This document shows positions 1 through 9,023 of a DNA stretch of 64,000 nucleotides, in pieces. Numbering within the stretch: position 1 is the first letter of the stretch; every line of letters begins with the position of its first letter. The notes beneath the pieces were generated by a model. The model saw only the letters and a list, made by a program, of their open reading frames with translations. It did not search any database and had not been told where the DNA came from. The DNA is taken from assembly GCA_046290465.1 (NCBI GenBank), contig JBKAGP010000001.1:3264001-3328000 (forward strand). Reading direction: 5' to 3'. The position numbers and the translations under genes were made by a program. The DNA comes from Planctomycetota bacterium. Its GTDB lineage: Bacteria; Planctomycetota; UBA1135; UBA2386.

Positions 1-873
1 CTGCGTGGCACGGCAGCCAACGGCCACATCGAGAAGCAGATCGCGTTGCCGCAGGGAACCCTCGTCGGGTTCCGCGGCTGGATCCGCGGCGTCAACATCC
101 CCGCAGGAGCTGCGATCCAGTGCCAGGTGCGCGGGTCGGCCGGGGGCTCGACGAGCGTCGGCCCGACGATCGTCGCAGGCCAGTGGCGCATGTTCATGAC
201 GCCGCCGTACGAGGTCACCGCAGCAGACCAACACGTCGTGCTCCGCATCGGCTACGTCGGCGCGCCGGGCAACGGTGGCGGGCTCGAGGTGCTGGTCGAC
301 GACCTCGACATGGAGGTCCTCAACTGGTGGGATGCGGACAACTTCGTCAACCTCGACTTCGACGCGACCGACCACCATCCGTTCGGCACGTTCGCCAACC
401 AGGTCAGCGAGGAGTGGGGTCCGGCATACTGGTTCAACTTCGGTGCCTCGGCCTATCTCGAACGCAATCCGCAGGTGCTTCGGTCCGGAGCTGCGCCAGG
501 CAGCGCGGCCGCCCGGATCGACATGCCGGCGAGCGGCGTGACCCAGCTGAACAAGCAGTGGACCTTCCTCGAACCGGGCCAGACGTTGACGCTCAGCGGG
601 TGGGTGCGCGGCATTCCCGCGACCGCCGGCAACGACTTCTTCATCAACATGTTCGTCGGACAGGGAGGCCAGGCACTCAACCCGAACAACCCGGCGACCC
701 TGTTCTGGCAGCACAACACAGCGGCCGGCACCGGCTGGGTTCCGTTCAGCGAGACCTACACCGTGCCAGGGGCGCCGGACTTCGCCGACTTCACCAAGCT
801 GGCGTTCACGATCACCAGCGGCGCGCCCGGCGACAGCCTGCTGGTCGACGACATCACCATCACGATCCAATAG
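1..873 (+). CDS. Partial (5'-truncated) protein with tandem carbohydrate-binding-like (CBM4/9-type) jelly-roll domains
   Basis: Frame is open from base 1. Two repeats of the pattern GW(I/V)RG...W..F...Y.V...L.I...LVDD. Confidence 0.6.
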   Translation: MRGTAANGHIEKQIALPQGTLVGFRGWIRGVNIPAGAAIQCQVRGSAGGSTSVGPTIVAGQWRMFMTPPYEVTAADQHVVLRIGYVGAPGNGGGLEVLVDDLDMEVLNWWDADNFVNLDFDATDHHPFGTFANQVSEEWGPAYWFNFGASAYLERNPQVLRSGAAPGSAAARIDMPASGVTQLNKQWTFLEPGQTLTLSGWVRGIPATAGNDFFINMFVGQGGQALNPNNPATLFWQHNTAAGTGWVPFSETYTVPGAPDFADFTKLAFTITSGAPGDSLLVDDITITIQ

Positions 874-883
874 GGAGACGCAG

Positions 884-2002
884 ATGCGAGCAGCACGACT
901 CAGCGGCGTAGGCATGGTGCTCATGGCAGCGTGCGCGGCAGCTCCTCATGTGACCGCCCAGTACCACTACTGGCCGGCCGGTTTCGCGAACCAGCCCGGT
1001 GGCTCCGCCCAGGCGACTCCGTTTTCGATCTCGCCCAATACGGCGACGTCCAACACCCGAGCCCTGTGCACGCTCAAGGCCGCGTCGCTACCGTTCGGGC
1101 CCGGCACGGTGCTCAACGAACTCGCGTTTCGCCGCGACTCCCAGCACGCCACCGGCTACCCCGCCGTCAACGGCAACCTGCGCGTCAAGATCGGCGTGGT
1201 CCCCGATGCCATGCGCCCCTCGGGGAGGTTCCAGTCGGCATGGCTGGGTGAGCCGCAGCAGGTCTTCAACGGCACCCCGTTCTCGCTGCCGAACGCGCCG
1301 TTCCCCGGCTCGGGAACGGCAGCGCCGTTCGACCTGGTGATCCCGTTCACGAAGCCGTTCACCTACCTGGGCGGCGACCTCGGCATCGACATCGAGTGGA
1401 CCGGCCCGCCCAACACCGACTGGAAGCGCGACGCGATCCAGCTTCCGTTCGACCAATCCGGCGACTTCCGGGCACTCGGCGCAGGCTGCCCCGGGTCGAC
1501 GACCTACGGACCCAACCTCTGGGTCGATGTGCAGAACCTGCGGCCAGGGGGGTCGATCAACCTGCGCCTGGACGGCTGCGCACCACCTGCACTGGCGTCC
1601 TTCTACCTGGGACTACCGACCACCAGCCCGGTGCCGCTGTCGCCATTCGGGTTGGGCGCCACATGCGCGGCGCACATCGGCCCGGCCCTGACGTGGAACA
1701 GCCTCGTCGGCGACGTTTCGACCCGGTATGCCCGCGCGCGCCTCGACCTGCCGCTGCCCAACGACCCCCTGCTGATCGGAGCACCGCTGTCGTTCCAGGC
1801 GCTGGCACTGGACTTCTTCGTCGCGTCCAGCGCGCCGTTCGTCTCCTCCAACGCGATCGACGTGATCTGCGGCGCACCGTCGGGCATCGCGCCCGTCGAG
1901 TATGGCCGCACGATCTGGGTGTGGGGTTCACGCGGCAACAACCGGGTCGACGGGTCGTTCGTGTCCCCGCCCAACTACGTGCCGGTCATTCGATTTGGCT
2001 GA
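884..2002 (+). CDS. Secreted hypothetical protein with GxGCPG-initiated C-terminal module
   Basis: GGGAG RBS, signal peptide ending in TAQ, GC3-rich codons. Confidence 0.7.
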   Translation: MRAARLSGVGMVLMAACAAAPHVTAQYHYWPAGFANQPGGSAQATPFSISPNTATSNTRALCTLKAASLPFGPGTVLNELAFRRDSQHATGYPAVNGNLRVKIGVVPDAMRPSGRFQSAWLGEPQQVFNGTPFSLPNAPFPGSGTAAPFDLVIPFTKPFTYLGGDLGIDIEWTGPPNTDWKRDAIQLPFDQSGDFRALGAGCPGSTTYGPNLWVDVQNLRPGGSINLRLDGCAPPALASFYLGLPTTSPVPLSPFGLGATCAAHIGPALTWNSLVGDVSTRYARARLDLPLPNDPLLIGAPLSFQALALDFFVASSAPFVSSNAIDVICGAPSGIAPVEYGRTIWVWGSRGNNRVDGSFVSPPNYVPVIRFG

Positions 2003-2037
2003 GCGTGCTGCGGGTGCGTGGCGCGACCCGCGCCCTC

Positions 2038-2652
2038 TTATTGGAAGCCGTAGCTGAACTCCGCGCCGACGTAGCCGCCGAAGTTCGGGTCGACCGAGGC
2101 GCTGCCGGGGCAGGCGTTCCAGAGGTTGTTGAGGGCGAAGCCGCGCGTGCGCAGCTGCCAGTTCTCGAAGGTCCAGCCCGACAGGCCCTGGCAGACGCTC
2201 GCCGGAGCGGTCGGGAATGCCGTCAGGCCGGGGAACAGCTGGGCACCGAGCGACGCGAACGTCTCGTCGTACATCCCCCAGTCGTAGCTGGTGGTCAACA
2301 GCGAGTACGGCGACGACGCGCCGGCGGCCGGCTGGTGCGCGCATGCGTCGCCGGACAGGTAGCCCCAGTTGGTCGCGCGCATCGTGCAGCGCAGCCAGTT
2401 GCCGGCGCCGAACGACAGGTCCATCGACGCGTCCGGCTCGAAGCGCATGAACGGGGCGAGGTCGCCGATCGGCAGCACCGCGACGAACGAGTCCGGCTGC
2501 ACGCCCGGCACCACCGCCGCCAGCCCCCAGTCCACCAGCAGGTTGCTCGGGGTGCCGTTGAGGTAGACGCGGGTCGCCTGCGCCTCGGCGGCGGCGGACA
2601 GGGCGACCACGGACAGGGCGGTGCACACGATCGAACGACTCATCTTCTTCAT
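2038..2652 (-). CDS. Secreted hypothetical protein
   Basis: Signal peptide MKKMSRSIVCTALSVVALSAAAEAQ. TAGTCT lies 7 nt before the ATG. Confidence 0.65.
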   Translation of the reverse strand: MKKMSRSIVCTALSVVALSAAAEAQATRVYLNGTPSNLLVDWGLAAVVPGVQPDSFVAVLPIGDLAPFMRFEPDASMDLSFGAGNWLRCTMRATNWGYLSGDACAHQPAAGASSPYSLLTTSYDWGMYDETFASLGAQLFPGLTAFPTAPASVCQGLSGWTFENWQLRTRGFALNNLWNACPGSASVDPNFGGYVGAEFSYGFQ

Positions 2653-2683
2653 GATGCGAAGACTAGCCACGAATCGACCGCTG

Positions 2684-2717
2684 AAAAGCCCCTCCGGCAG
2701 CTCCCCCGACGGGGGCT
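2684..2717 (-). terminator. Putative intrinsic terminator
   Basis: AGCCCC...GGGGCT stem followed by TTTT on the minus strand, just after the stop at 2724. Confidence 0.45.
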
Positions 2718-2723
2718 CGCGGC

Positions 2724-4151
2724 TCAGCGTACGAGGCGCGCGTAGCGATAGTACGACTGCAGCGTGAGCACCATCAGCGCGGTCGAGTAGATGCGGCCAC
2801 CGGACTCACCCCAGACGCCGACCGGATCCCACGAACCGCCGGCGTGACCCTTGTGGCGCTGGTTGCCGAGCACCGCCGGCAGCATGCGCTTGGACCAGCT
2901 CCGCCAGTGCTTGCCGCCCATCTGGTACATCGCGTAGGTGCCGTAGTACCAGTAGTAGTGGTCGATGCTGCCGCCCTTCTCGCTCCACTTCGGCGGCTTC
3001 TTCAGCATCAGGTCGGCAGCGGCCTTCATCACCGGCTTGTCCTTCGGGCTCTGGCCGAGGAAGAAGCGGCAGAACAGGGCCGCGGCCGTCAGCGTCTCGG
3101 TCTTTTCGATCGGGAACGCGGTGGCGTGCTGGCCAGGCATGCGCGAACTGCCCTCGCCCTGCTTGGTGTAGCCGTGGCGGCCGTCGGGGCTGCTGACCTG
3201 GTCGAGGAACGTCAGGCCGAGCTCGAGCGCGTTCGGGTTGACCTCGAGGTTGAAGAACTCGCCCGACTTGAGCGCCATCAGGCACCACGAGGTCACCGAC
3301 GTGTCGTTGTCGTTGTCACGCGGCTGGTAGCGCCAGACGGAGTACGGGTTGCGGTGCGACTCGAGGTAGTTGAGGGCCTGTTGGGCGCAGTTCTTGAGCA
3401 GCGTGTAGTTGGAGAGCCCGTAGGCCTCGCACATCGCGTAGGTCGCGATCGCGTGGTCGTAGATGAAGTCGTGCGACGCGTTGGTGCCGAACAGGCCGTT
3501 CTCCTGTTGCTGGTTCCTGAGCCAGCGCGCCGCCCGCTTGAGGTTCTCGCGGTGCGGCCCCGAACGCAGCGTGCTGCCGTCGCCGAGCATCGCCAGCATC
3601 GCAAGGCCGGTGACCCCGACGTCGTGGATCGCGTTGCCGGGGCCGTCGCAGGGCTCGCCCTCGGTGTCGTGCTTCATGAAGCCGTCGGCGTCCCAGCGGC
3701 CGGTCTCGTCCTGGTGCCGCGCCAGCCAGTTCAGGCCGGCTTCGATCGCGCCGCCGGCCTTGCCCGGGCTCTTGGCGCCGCCGCGGGCACCGTAGCGCCC
3801 GCCGGCACCGCCGAGCTGGGCTTCGTCGACCTCGACCTCGTCGACCTCAACCTCGTCGACCTGCACGTCTTCGGCGACGGCGACAGCTGCCGGCCCGTCC
3901 TTCGGCTCAGCCTCGACGACCTCGACGCCGACCTTCGGCGTGTTCCACATGACCGCCGGGGCCTTCGGGAAGCGCGCCTTGCGTCGCAGCGCCAGCGTGT
4001 CGACGTCGAACTGGTAGACCCAGCCCCCCCGCACCACGAACAGGTATTTGTCCGTCGCCAGCATGCCGGGCGGCTCCTGGGCCGTGGCCGGGGCGACGAA
4101 GAGGGCGGAGAAGGCGGTGATCGCCAACGCGAGGACTGCGTTTCGGGCCAT
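2724..4151 (-). CDS. Secreted prenyltransferase/squalene-oxidase-repeat (alpha/alpha toroid) protein
   Basis: QW-like repeats (WLARHQDETGRW, WLRNQQQENG, NQRHKGHAGGSW), DTSVT, YYWYY; signal peptide; acidic VDEVE linker. Confidence 0.8.
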   Translation of the reverse strand: MARNAVLALAITAFSALFVAPATAQEPPGMLATDKYLFVVRGGWVYQFDVDTLALRRKARFPKAPAVMWNTPKVGVEVVEAEPKDGPAAVAVAEDVQVDEVEVDEVEVDEAQLGGAGGRYGARGGAKSPGKAGGAIEAGLNWLARHQDETGRWDADGFMKHDTEGEPCDGPGNAIHDVGVTGLAMLAMLGDGSTLRSGPHRENLKRAARWLRNQQQENGLFGTNASHDFIYDHAIATYAMCEAYGLSNYTLLKNCAQQALNYLESHRNPYSVWRYQPRDNDNDTSVTSWCLMALKSGEFFNLEVNPNALELGLTFLDQVSSPDGRHGYTKQGEGSSRMPGQHATAFPIEKTETLTAAALFCRFFLGQSPKDKPVMKAAADLMLKKPPKWSEKGGSIDHYYWYYGTYAMYQMGGKHWRSWSKRMLPAVLGNQRHKGHAGGSWDPVGVWGESGGRIYSTALMVLTLQSYYRYARLVR

Positions 4152-4274
4152 AGCGAGAGGGTGCTCTGGGTTTGGAGCCAAGCGCAACGAGCGGAACGGG
4201 CCGCGGTTCAGAGGAATCCGGGGCGGACGCGCGATCGCGACGGCCGCGCTGGCATCGGCCGGTCCACGGCCGGA

Positions 4275-4339
4275 GTTGAACATGTTCAACAAATCCGAAA
4301 CTCGGCCGGGGCCGGGCTGTTCTTGAACACGTTCAAGAA
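4275..4339. promoter_or_regulatory. Two palindromic operators TTGAACAYGTTCAA, probable TetR sites
   Basis: GTTGAACATGTTCAAC (4275-4290, perfect) and TTCTTGAACACGTTCAAGAA (4320-4339), upstream of an operon ending in a TetR gene. Confidence 0.75.
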
Positions 4340-4396
4340 AAGTGGCACCGACGCCACCGCACCCAAGGCCGGCGACGGCCTGCCCCGGAGGCACGC

Positions 4397-4534
4397 ATGA
4401 AGAACGACGACCCGAGACGGTGCTTCGCCCGCGACCTCGCCCTGATGCTGCTCGGCGCGACCCTGGCCATCGTGGCGCTGGGCGCCGTGCTGGCCGGAGG
4501 CTGCTGCATGCTGCCGGGGATCGGACCGATCTGA
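4397..4534 (+). CDS. Small membrane protein, 45 aa (MKNDDPRRCFARDLALMLLGATLAIVALGAVLAGGCCMLPGIGPI)
   Basis: GGAGG RBS at 4387-4391; one hydrophobic helix; absent from the ORF track. Confidence 0.5.
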   Translation: MKNDDPRRCFARDLALMLLGATLAIVALGAVLAGGCCMLPGIGPI

Positions 4535-4561
4535 TCGCCGCACCAACGAAGGAGACCTGCC

Positions 4562-5008
4562 ATGAACGTCACCATCTACGCCTACGTGGCCTACGTGTTG
4601 CTCAGCGTCGCCCTGACCGTCTGGGTCGGGCGCACGCTGCACAAGAACGGCCGCGCGTTCCTGATCGATGTGTTCGCCGATCGCGAAGACCTCGCCGACT
4701 CGGTCAACCACCTGCTGGTGGTCGGCTTCTACCTGATCAACTTCGGCTACATCGCGCTGGCGTTGAAGCTGACCGAGCGCGCCGAGAACGCCACCGACGC
4801 GTTCGAGGCGGTCAGCTACAAGGTCGGCCTGGTGCTGGTCGTGCTCGGGTTGATGCACTTCTTCAACCTGTTCTTGTTCAGCCGCATCCGCGCCAACAAG
4901 CGAATTGCCCAGGCGCCGCGACCGGTGCCGCCGGACGCGATCGTGCAGCCCGACGGCACGCTCGCCGCGGTCGACAAGCTGCAGCAACGCGGCGATCCGG
5001 AGGCCTGA
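4562..5008 (+). CDS. Conserved integral membrane protein
   Basis: AAGGAG RBS; three TM segments; SVNHLLVVGFYLINFGY motif. Confidence 0.8.
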   Translation: MNVTIYAYVAYVLLSVALTVWVGRTLHKNGRAFLIDVFADREDLADSVNHLLVVGFYLINFGYIALALKLTERAENATDAFEAVSYKVGLVLVVLGLMHFFNLFLFSRIRANKRIAQAPRPVPPDAIVQPDGTLAAVDKLQQRGDPEA

Positions 5009-5011
5009 GCC

Positions 5012-5365
5012 ATGACGCCGCACGACCTGCAGCTGACGGTGTGGTTCGACGGCGACTGCGCCCTGTGCAAGCGGGTCGCGAAGTGGCTGGAGCACCAGCC
5101 GAAGTTCGTGCCGGTGCACTGCGCGCCGGCGCAGACGGCCGCCGCGGCCGGGTGCCCGCTGGACACCAGGGCGCTGCTCGACAAGGTCACCGTGACCGCC
5201 AGTGACGGCGCCGTCTACCGCGGCACCAACGCGTGGATCACGGTCTTGTGGGCGCTGCGCAACTACCGCGGCTGGTCGCTGCGGTTCGCGCGCGACCAGT
5301 GGCGCCCGGTCGCCGAGAACCTGTTCGCGGTGGTCGCCGGGCTGGCCAAGTTGACGAAGAAGTGA
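5012..5365 (+). CDS. DCC-family thiol-disulfide oxidoreductase (DUF393)
   Basis: N-terminal FDGDCALC (DxxCxxC) motif. Confidence 0.8.
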   Translation: MTPHDLQLTVWFDGDCALCKRVAKWLEHQPKFVPVHCAPAQTAAAAGCPLDTRALLDKVTVTASDGAVYRGTNAWITVLWALRNYRGWSLRFARDQWRPVAENLFAVVAGLAKLTKK

Positions 5366-5404
5366 ATCCGCCGCCGCCCGGTGCGCGTAGCCTTGGCCAT
5401 CGTC

Positions 5405-6076
5405 ATGACGGCCGGCAAGGGAGCGCGCACCAAGCAGAAGATCGTCGACGCGGCGCTGCAGCTGTTCCGCGAGCACGGTTACGAGGCGACCACGATGCGC
5501 ATGGTCGCCGAGCATGCCGGCGTCTCGCTCGGCAACGCCTACTACTACTTCAAGAGCAAGGACCTGCTGCTGCAGGCGTTCTACCGCGAGGTGCACGAGA
5601 CGTTCGTCGCGAAGGCGCGGCCGCACCTGGACCGGGAGCGCAAATTCGACGCCAGGCTGCGCGCGACGATGCTCGCCTGGCTCGAGGCGATCGAGCCCTA
5701 CCACCGCTTCAGCGCGCTGATGTTCCGCAGCGCCGCCGATCCGGAGAGCCCGCTCAACCCGTTCCATCCGGCCGGTGAGCACACCCGGCAGGTCGGGGAG
5801 GAGCTGTTCGCGGAGGTCGTCGCCGGCAGCACCGCGCGACCGCCGAAGGCCCTCGCTGCCGAACTGCCCGGCCTGCTGTGGACCTACATGATGGGCACGG
5901 TGCTCTACTGGATCCACGACCGCAGCGACGGCCGCGCCCGCACCCACGCACTGATCGACCGCACCGTCGACCTGATCGCCAGCGCCGTCAGACTGTCCGG
6001 CAACCCACTGCTGCGCCCGTTCCAACGCAAGGTGCTCGCCCTGATCCACGACCTCCAGTTCCCCAAAGCCAACTGA
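5405..6076 (+). CDS. TetR/AcrR family transcriptional regulator
   Basis: HTH sequence LFREHGYEATTMRMVAEHAGVSLGNAYYYFKSK. Confidence 0.92.
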   Translation: MTAGKGARTKQKIVDAALQLFREHGYEATTMRMVAEHAGVSLGNAYYYFKSKDLLLQAFYREVHETFVAKARPHLDRERKFDARLRATMLAWLEAIEPYHRFSALMFRSAADPESPLNPFHPAGEHTRQVGEELFAEVVAGSTARPPKALAAELPGLLWTYMMGTVLYWIHDRSDGRARTHALIDRTVDLIASAVRLSGNPLLRPFQRKVLALIHDLQFPKAN

Positions 6077-6167
6077 CCCAACATGAACCCGGTTCCGTAT
6101 GCGGCCCCAGTGCCGGATACGGGGCTTGGGGCCGCATACGGAACCGGGTTCATGTTGGGTCAGTTGG
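6069..6167. repeat. 41-bp perfect inverted repeat with 17-nt loop, built from the REP-like unit
   Basis: 6069-6109 is the exact reverse complement of 6127-6167. Confidence 0.9.
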
Positions 6168-7088
6168 TTGGGGGCGGGTGTCGGTGAGGGCGGTGACGAT
6201 CGGGGTGGCGGCGCGGTCGACCTGGTTGGTGACGGGGACCAGTTCGACGAACGGTACGAACTCGCGCAGCAGCAGGTCGCGGCGCAGTTCGAAGCAGAGC
6301 GTGCGGCCGGGGAAGCGCCGCGCGAAGTCGAACGCCAGCGTCGACGGGTGCAGCTTGTAGGTGTCGTTGCGAACCGCCTGGAAGCCGGCCTCGACGAAGC
6401 GCTGCTCGGTCGCGCGCGCGAGCAAGGCGTGGGCCAGTTCGCGGTCGTCGTCGTCGTGCGTGATCAGGTCGACCTCGGGGCGCAACGGCCAGGTCTCCAC
6501 CTTGCCGGGCGCATACGCATCGCGCAGCGTGCGGCCGATGTCGCCGTCGACCGTGACCGCGAGGCTGCGCGGGGCGTAGGTGTGCACACACAGCGCGTCA
6601 CCGCCGGCACCGCAGACCCGTTCGAACGCGGCCTCGACGACCTCCCGGTAGGCGAAGTAGCGATCGAGCAGCAGTTCACGATCGGCCGGGTGCTCGATCC
6701 ACGGCGGCAGCCCCGGCGTCATCTCGCCCGGTTTCGAACCGGCGGCGACCGTGTCGCGATCGATCCTGCGGTTGGTGTCGACGAAGGTGCGCGGCAGCTC
6801 GCAGCGGACCACGACCGCACAGGCCGTCGGCGTCGCGGCGACGTGCTGGTGCGCGATCGCCGCCGCCAGCTCCGGCGCGCCGACGTCGGTGTTGACGAAG
6901 AAGAAGTCGCGCAGGCCGTCGTCGTAGTCGCCCCGCAGCTCGGCGCGCAGCTCGTCGAAGTGCCGCGCCCGCGTCGCACCGTGCGGGACCTCGAGCAGCA
7001 GGTCCGGCGGCGCCGCCGGATCGGCGTGCGCACCGCGCACCAACTCCACCTCACAGACCTTGTCGATCGAACGCACGCTGTCGGGCAT
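6150..7088 (-). CDS. N-formylglutamate amidohydrolase family protein
   Basis: Motifs EVPHG, NTD, RTFVDTNR, VHTY, FELRRDL. Confidence 0.7.
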   Translation of the reverse strand: MPDSVRSIDKVCEVELVRGAHADPAAPPDLLLEVPHGATRARHFDELRAELRGDYDDGLRDFFFVNTDVGAPELAAAIAHQHVAATPTACAVVVRCELPRTFVDTNRRIDRDTVAAGSKPGEMTPGLPPWIEHPADRELLLDRYFAYREVVEAAFERVCGAGGDALCVHTYAPRSLAVTVDGDIGRTLRDAYAPGKVETWPLRPEVDLITHDDDDRELAHALLARATEQRFVEAGFQAVRNDTYKLHPSTLAFDFARRFPGRTLCFELRRDLLLREFVPFVELVPVTNQVDRAATPIVTALTDTRPQPTDPT

Positions 7089-7097
7089 GCCCGAGTT

Positions 7098-8939
7098 CTA
7101 CCGCTTCCGCGGCTCGGTCTCGCGCACCGTCACGCGTTCGTCGACAGCCAACGCGAACTCCTCCGAACGGCCGCCGTCCCAGGTCAGCTCGACCCGCTGC
7201 CGCACGCCCTCGACCGGCACGAACGGAATCACGACCCGCCCCTCGGCGTCGGTCCGCAGTCCCTGCCAATGCATGCGCGTGGTCGCGCGCAGACCCTGCA
7301 TGATCGAGCCGACCGCATCCTTGGTGCCGCGCGTGGTCGTGCCGCGCGAGCGCACGCGCGCGCCGGGGACCGGCCTGCCATCGGCGCCGCGCAGCGTCAC
7401 GGTCGTGCGCGCCAGCGGCCGCAGGTTCATCTCGAGACGGCCACCGGTCCGGCCGACCTCGAGCCGATCGCCGCCGAAGCCCTCGTCGGTCACGACCACG
7501 ACGACCCAGTTGCCCGGCTGCATGCGCAGCGACGCCTGGCCGCGTTCGTCGAGCGGCACCCGCAGCAGCGAGTCGCGCAGCAGCACGCCACTGCGGTCGG
7601 CCGACGACACGAACGCCACGCCGCCGCGCGCCGGCCCACCGAGCGCGTCGAGCACCTGCAGCTCGACCCCACCGAAGCCGATCGGATCGGCGGTGCCGAC
7701 CCGCGCCACGACGTCGTCGGGCAGCGCGCGGCTCGCCTCGGGCGGATAGACCGGCGGCTGCCAGCCACTGCCCGCGGGCGGCAGGAACGACAGCCGGCAC
7801 GAGTGCAGCTCGGTCGGCACGTCGGCGAACGCGAACGAACCGTCCGCCTGCACCTCGGCGGTGAACACGCGCGCGTCGTGCAGGTAGCTGTTGCGCTGCA
7901 GGTGCAGCTTGCAGATCGCGGCGAGGTGCGCGACCGTCCCCGGCGGTGCCGCCGGCACCGACCCGCGCAGCGGTTCGACCGGGAAGCACTCGAAGCGCAG
8001 CTCGTCGCCGTCGATGCGCGGCACCTTGTGGTCGCTGACGTAGAACGCGTGGTTCCAGACGCCGCCCGCGACCGCCGGCCGATCGCCGCTCTCGACGAAC
8101 AGCAGCAGGTTCTCGCGCGCATCGCGCAACGGGTCGCCGTCGTACGGCACCACGACTTCGCAACGACCGTCGTCGCCGGTCGCGCCGAGCAGCCGCATGC
8201 GGTCCTGCCCGACCGAGCGCAGGCCGTCGACGCGCCAGCTGGTCCGTCGGCCGACGCGATGCCAGACCCTGGCGCCGGCGAGCGGGTCGCCGTTCTCGTC
8301 GACGGCGAGCACCGGCACCCGGCGCGGCGGCGGCAGCTCGAGGCGGGCCGCGACGCGCTGCTGCCACAGCGGCTGGCCGTCCGGCAGCCGCACCTCGAAG
8401 CGATCGAACGGCGCTCCCGGCGCTTCGAACGTGCCGTCCTCGCGGCGCAGAAGCTCGCGCTCGGTGCCGGGGATCGACGTCACCGCGAAGCAGCTCAGCG
8501 CACCGTGCTGCGACCACGCGTCGTCGCCGACCAGCTCGATCGAACCGGCCGGCGCCAGCGCGGCACAGCGCAGCTCGACCATCGCGCCGGCCGCGAAGTA
8601 GCCCTCGACCATCGAGCGCGCCCGCGCGCCGTCCTCCGCGCCGGTGACGGCCCACGCGACGTAGCAGAGGCCGGGCTGCAGGCGGGCGATGCAGCGACCG
8701 CGATCGTCGCTGTCGACCTCGGTCACGTGCACGTCCTGCAGGGCGGGCGACAGGTGCGGGTGGCCGCCGACGAACGTCACGGTCGCGCGCAGCGGCGCGC
8801 CGTCCGCATCGAGCACCCGCGCGAAGGTCGGCCGCGACCGCTGCTGGGCCAGCGACGCGACCGCGATCGCGGCGATCGCAGTGGCGAAGCGCGCAAGGCG
8901 CGACGACAGCGGCAGGCGAACGGTCGGGGGCGGCGGCAT
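7098..8939 (-). CDS. Secreted protein with carboxypeptidase-regulatory-like beta-sandwich repeats
   Basis: Repeated V.D..G.P..GA.V and TD..GR motifs; start uncertain. Confidence 0.6.
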   Translation of the reverse strand: MPPPPTVRLPLSSRLARFATAIAAIAVASLAQQRSRPTFARVLDADGAPLRATVTFVGGHPHLSPALQDVHVTEVDSDDRGRCIARLQPGLCYVAWAVTGAEDGARARSMVEGYFAAGAMVELRCAALAPAGSIELVGDDAWSQHGALSCFAVTSIPGTERELLRREDGTFEAPGAPFDRFEVRLPDGQPLWQQRVAARLELPPPRRVPVLAVDENGDPLAGARVWHRVGRRTSWRVDGLRSVGQDRMRLLGATGDDGRCEVVVPYDGDPLRDARENLLLFVESGDRPAVAGGVWNHAFYVSDHKVPRIDGDELRFECFPVEPLRGSVPAAPPGTVAHLAAICKLHLQRNSYLHDARVFTAEVQADGSFAFADVPTELHSCRLSFLPPAGSGWQPPVYPPEASRALPDDVVARVGTADPIGFGGVELQVLDALGGPARGGVAFVSSADRSGVLLRDSLLRVPLDERGQASLRMQPGNWVVVVVTDEGFGGDRLEVGRTGGRLEMNLRPLARTTVTLRGADGRPVPGARVRSRGTTTRGTKDAVGSIMQGLRATTRMHWQGLRTDAEGRVVIPFVPVEGVRQRVELTWDGGRSEEFALAVDERVTVRETEPRKR

Positions 8940-9023
8940 GGCGGTCACGGCGGACGACGGATACGTCACCCTACCGCGCCCGTTGGCCACCGCGGCGCAT
9001 TCCCGCGAATTGCGCGGCGCGCC

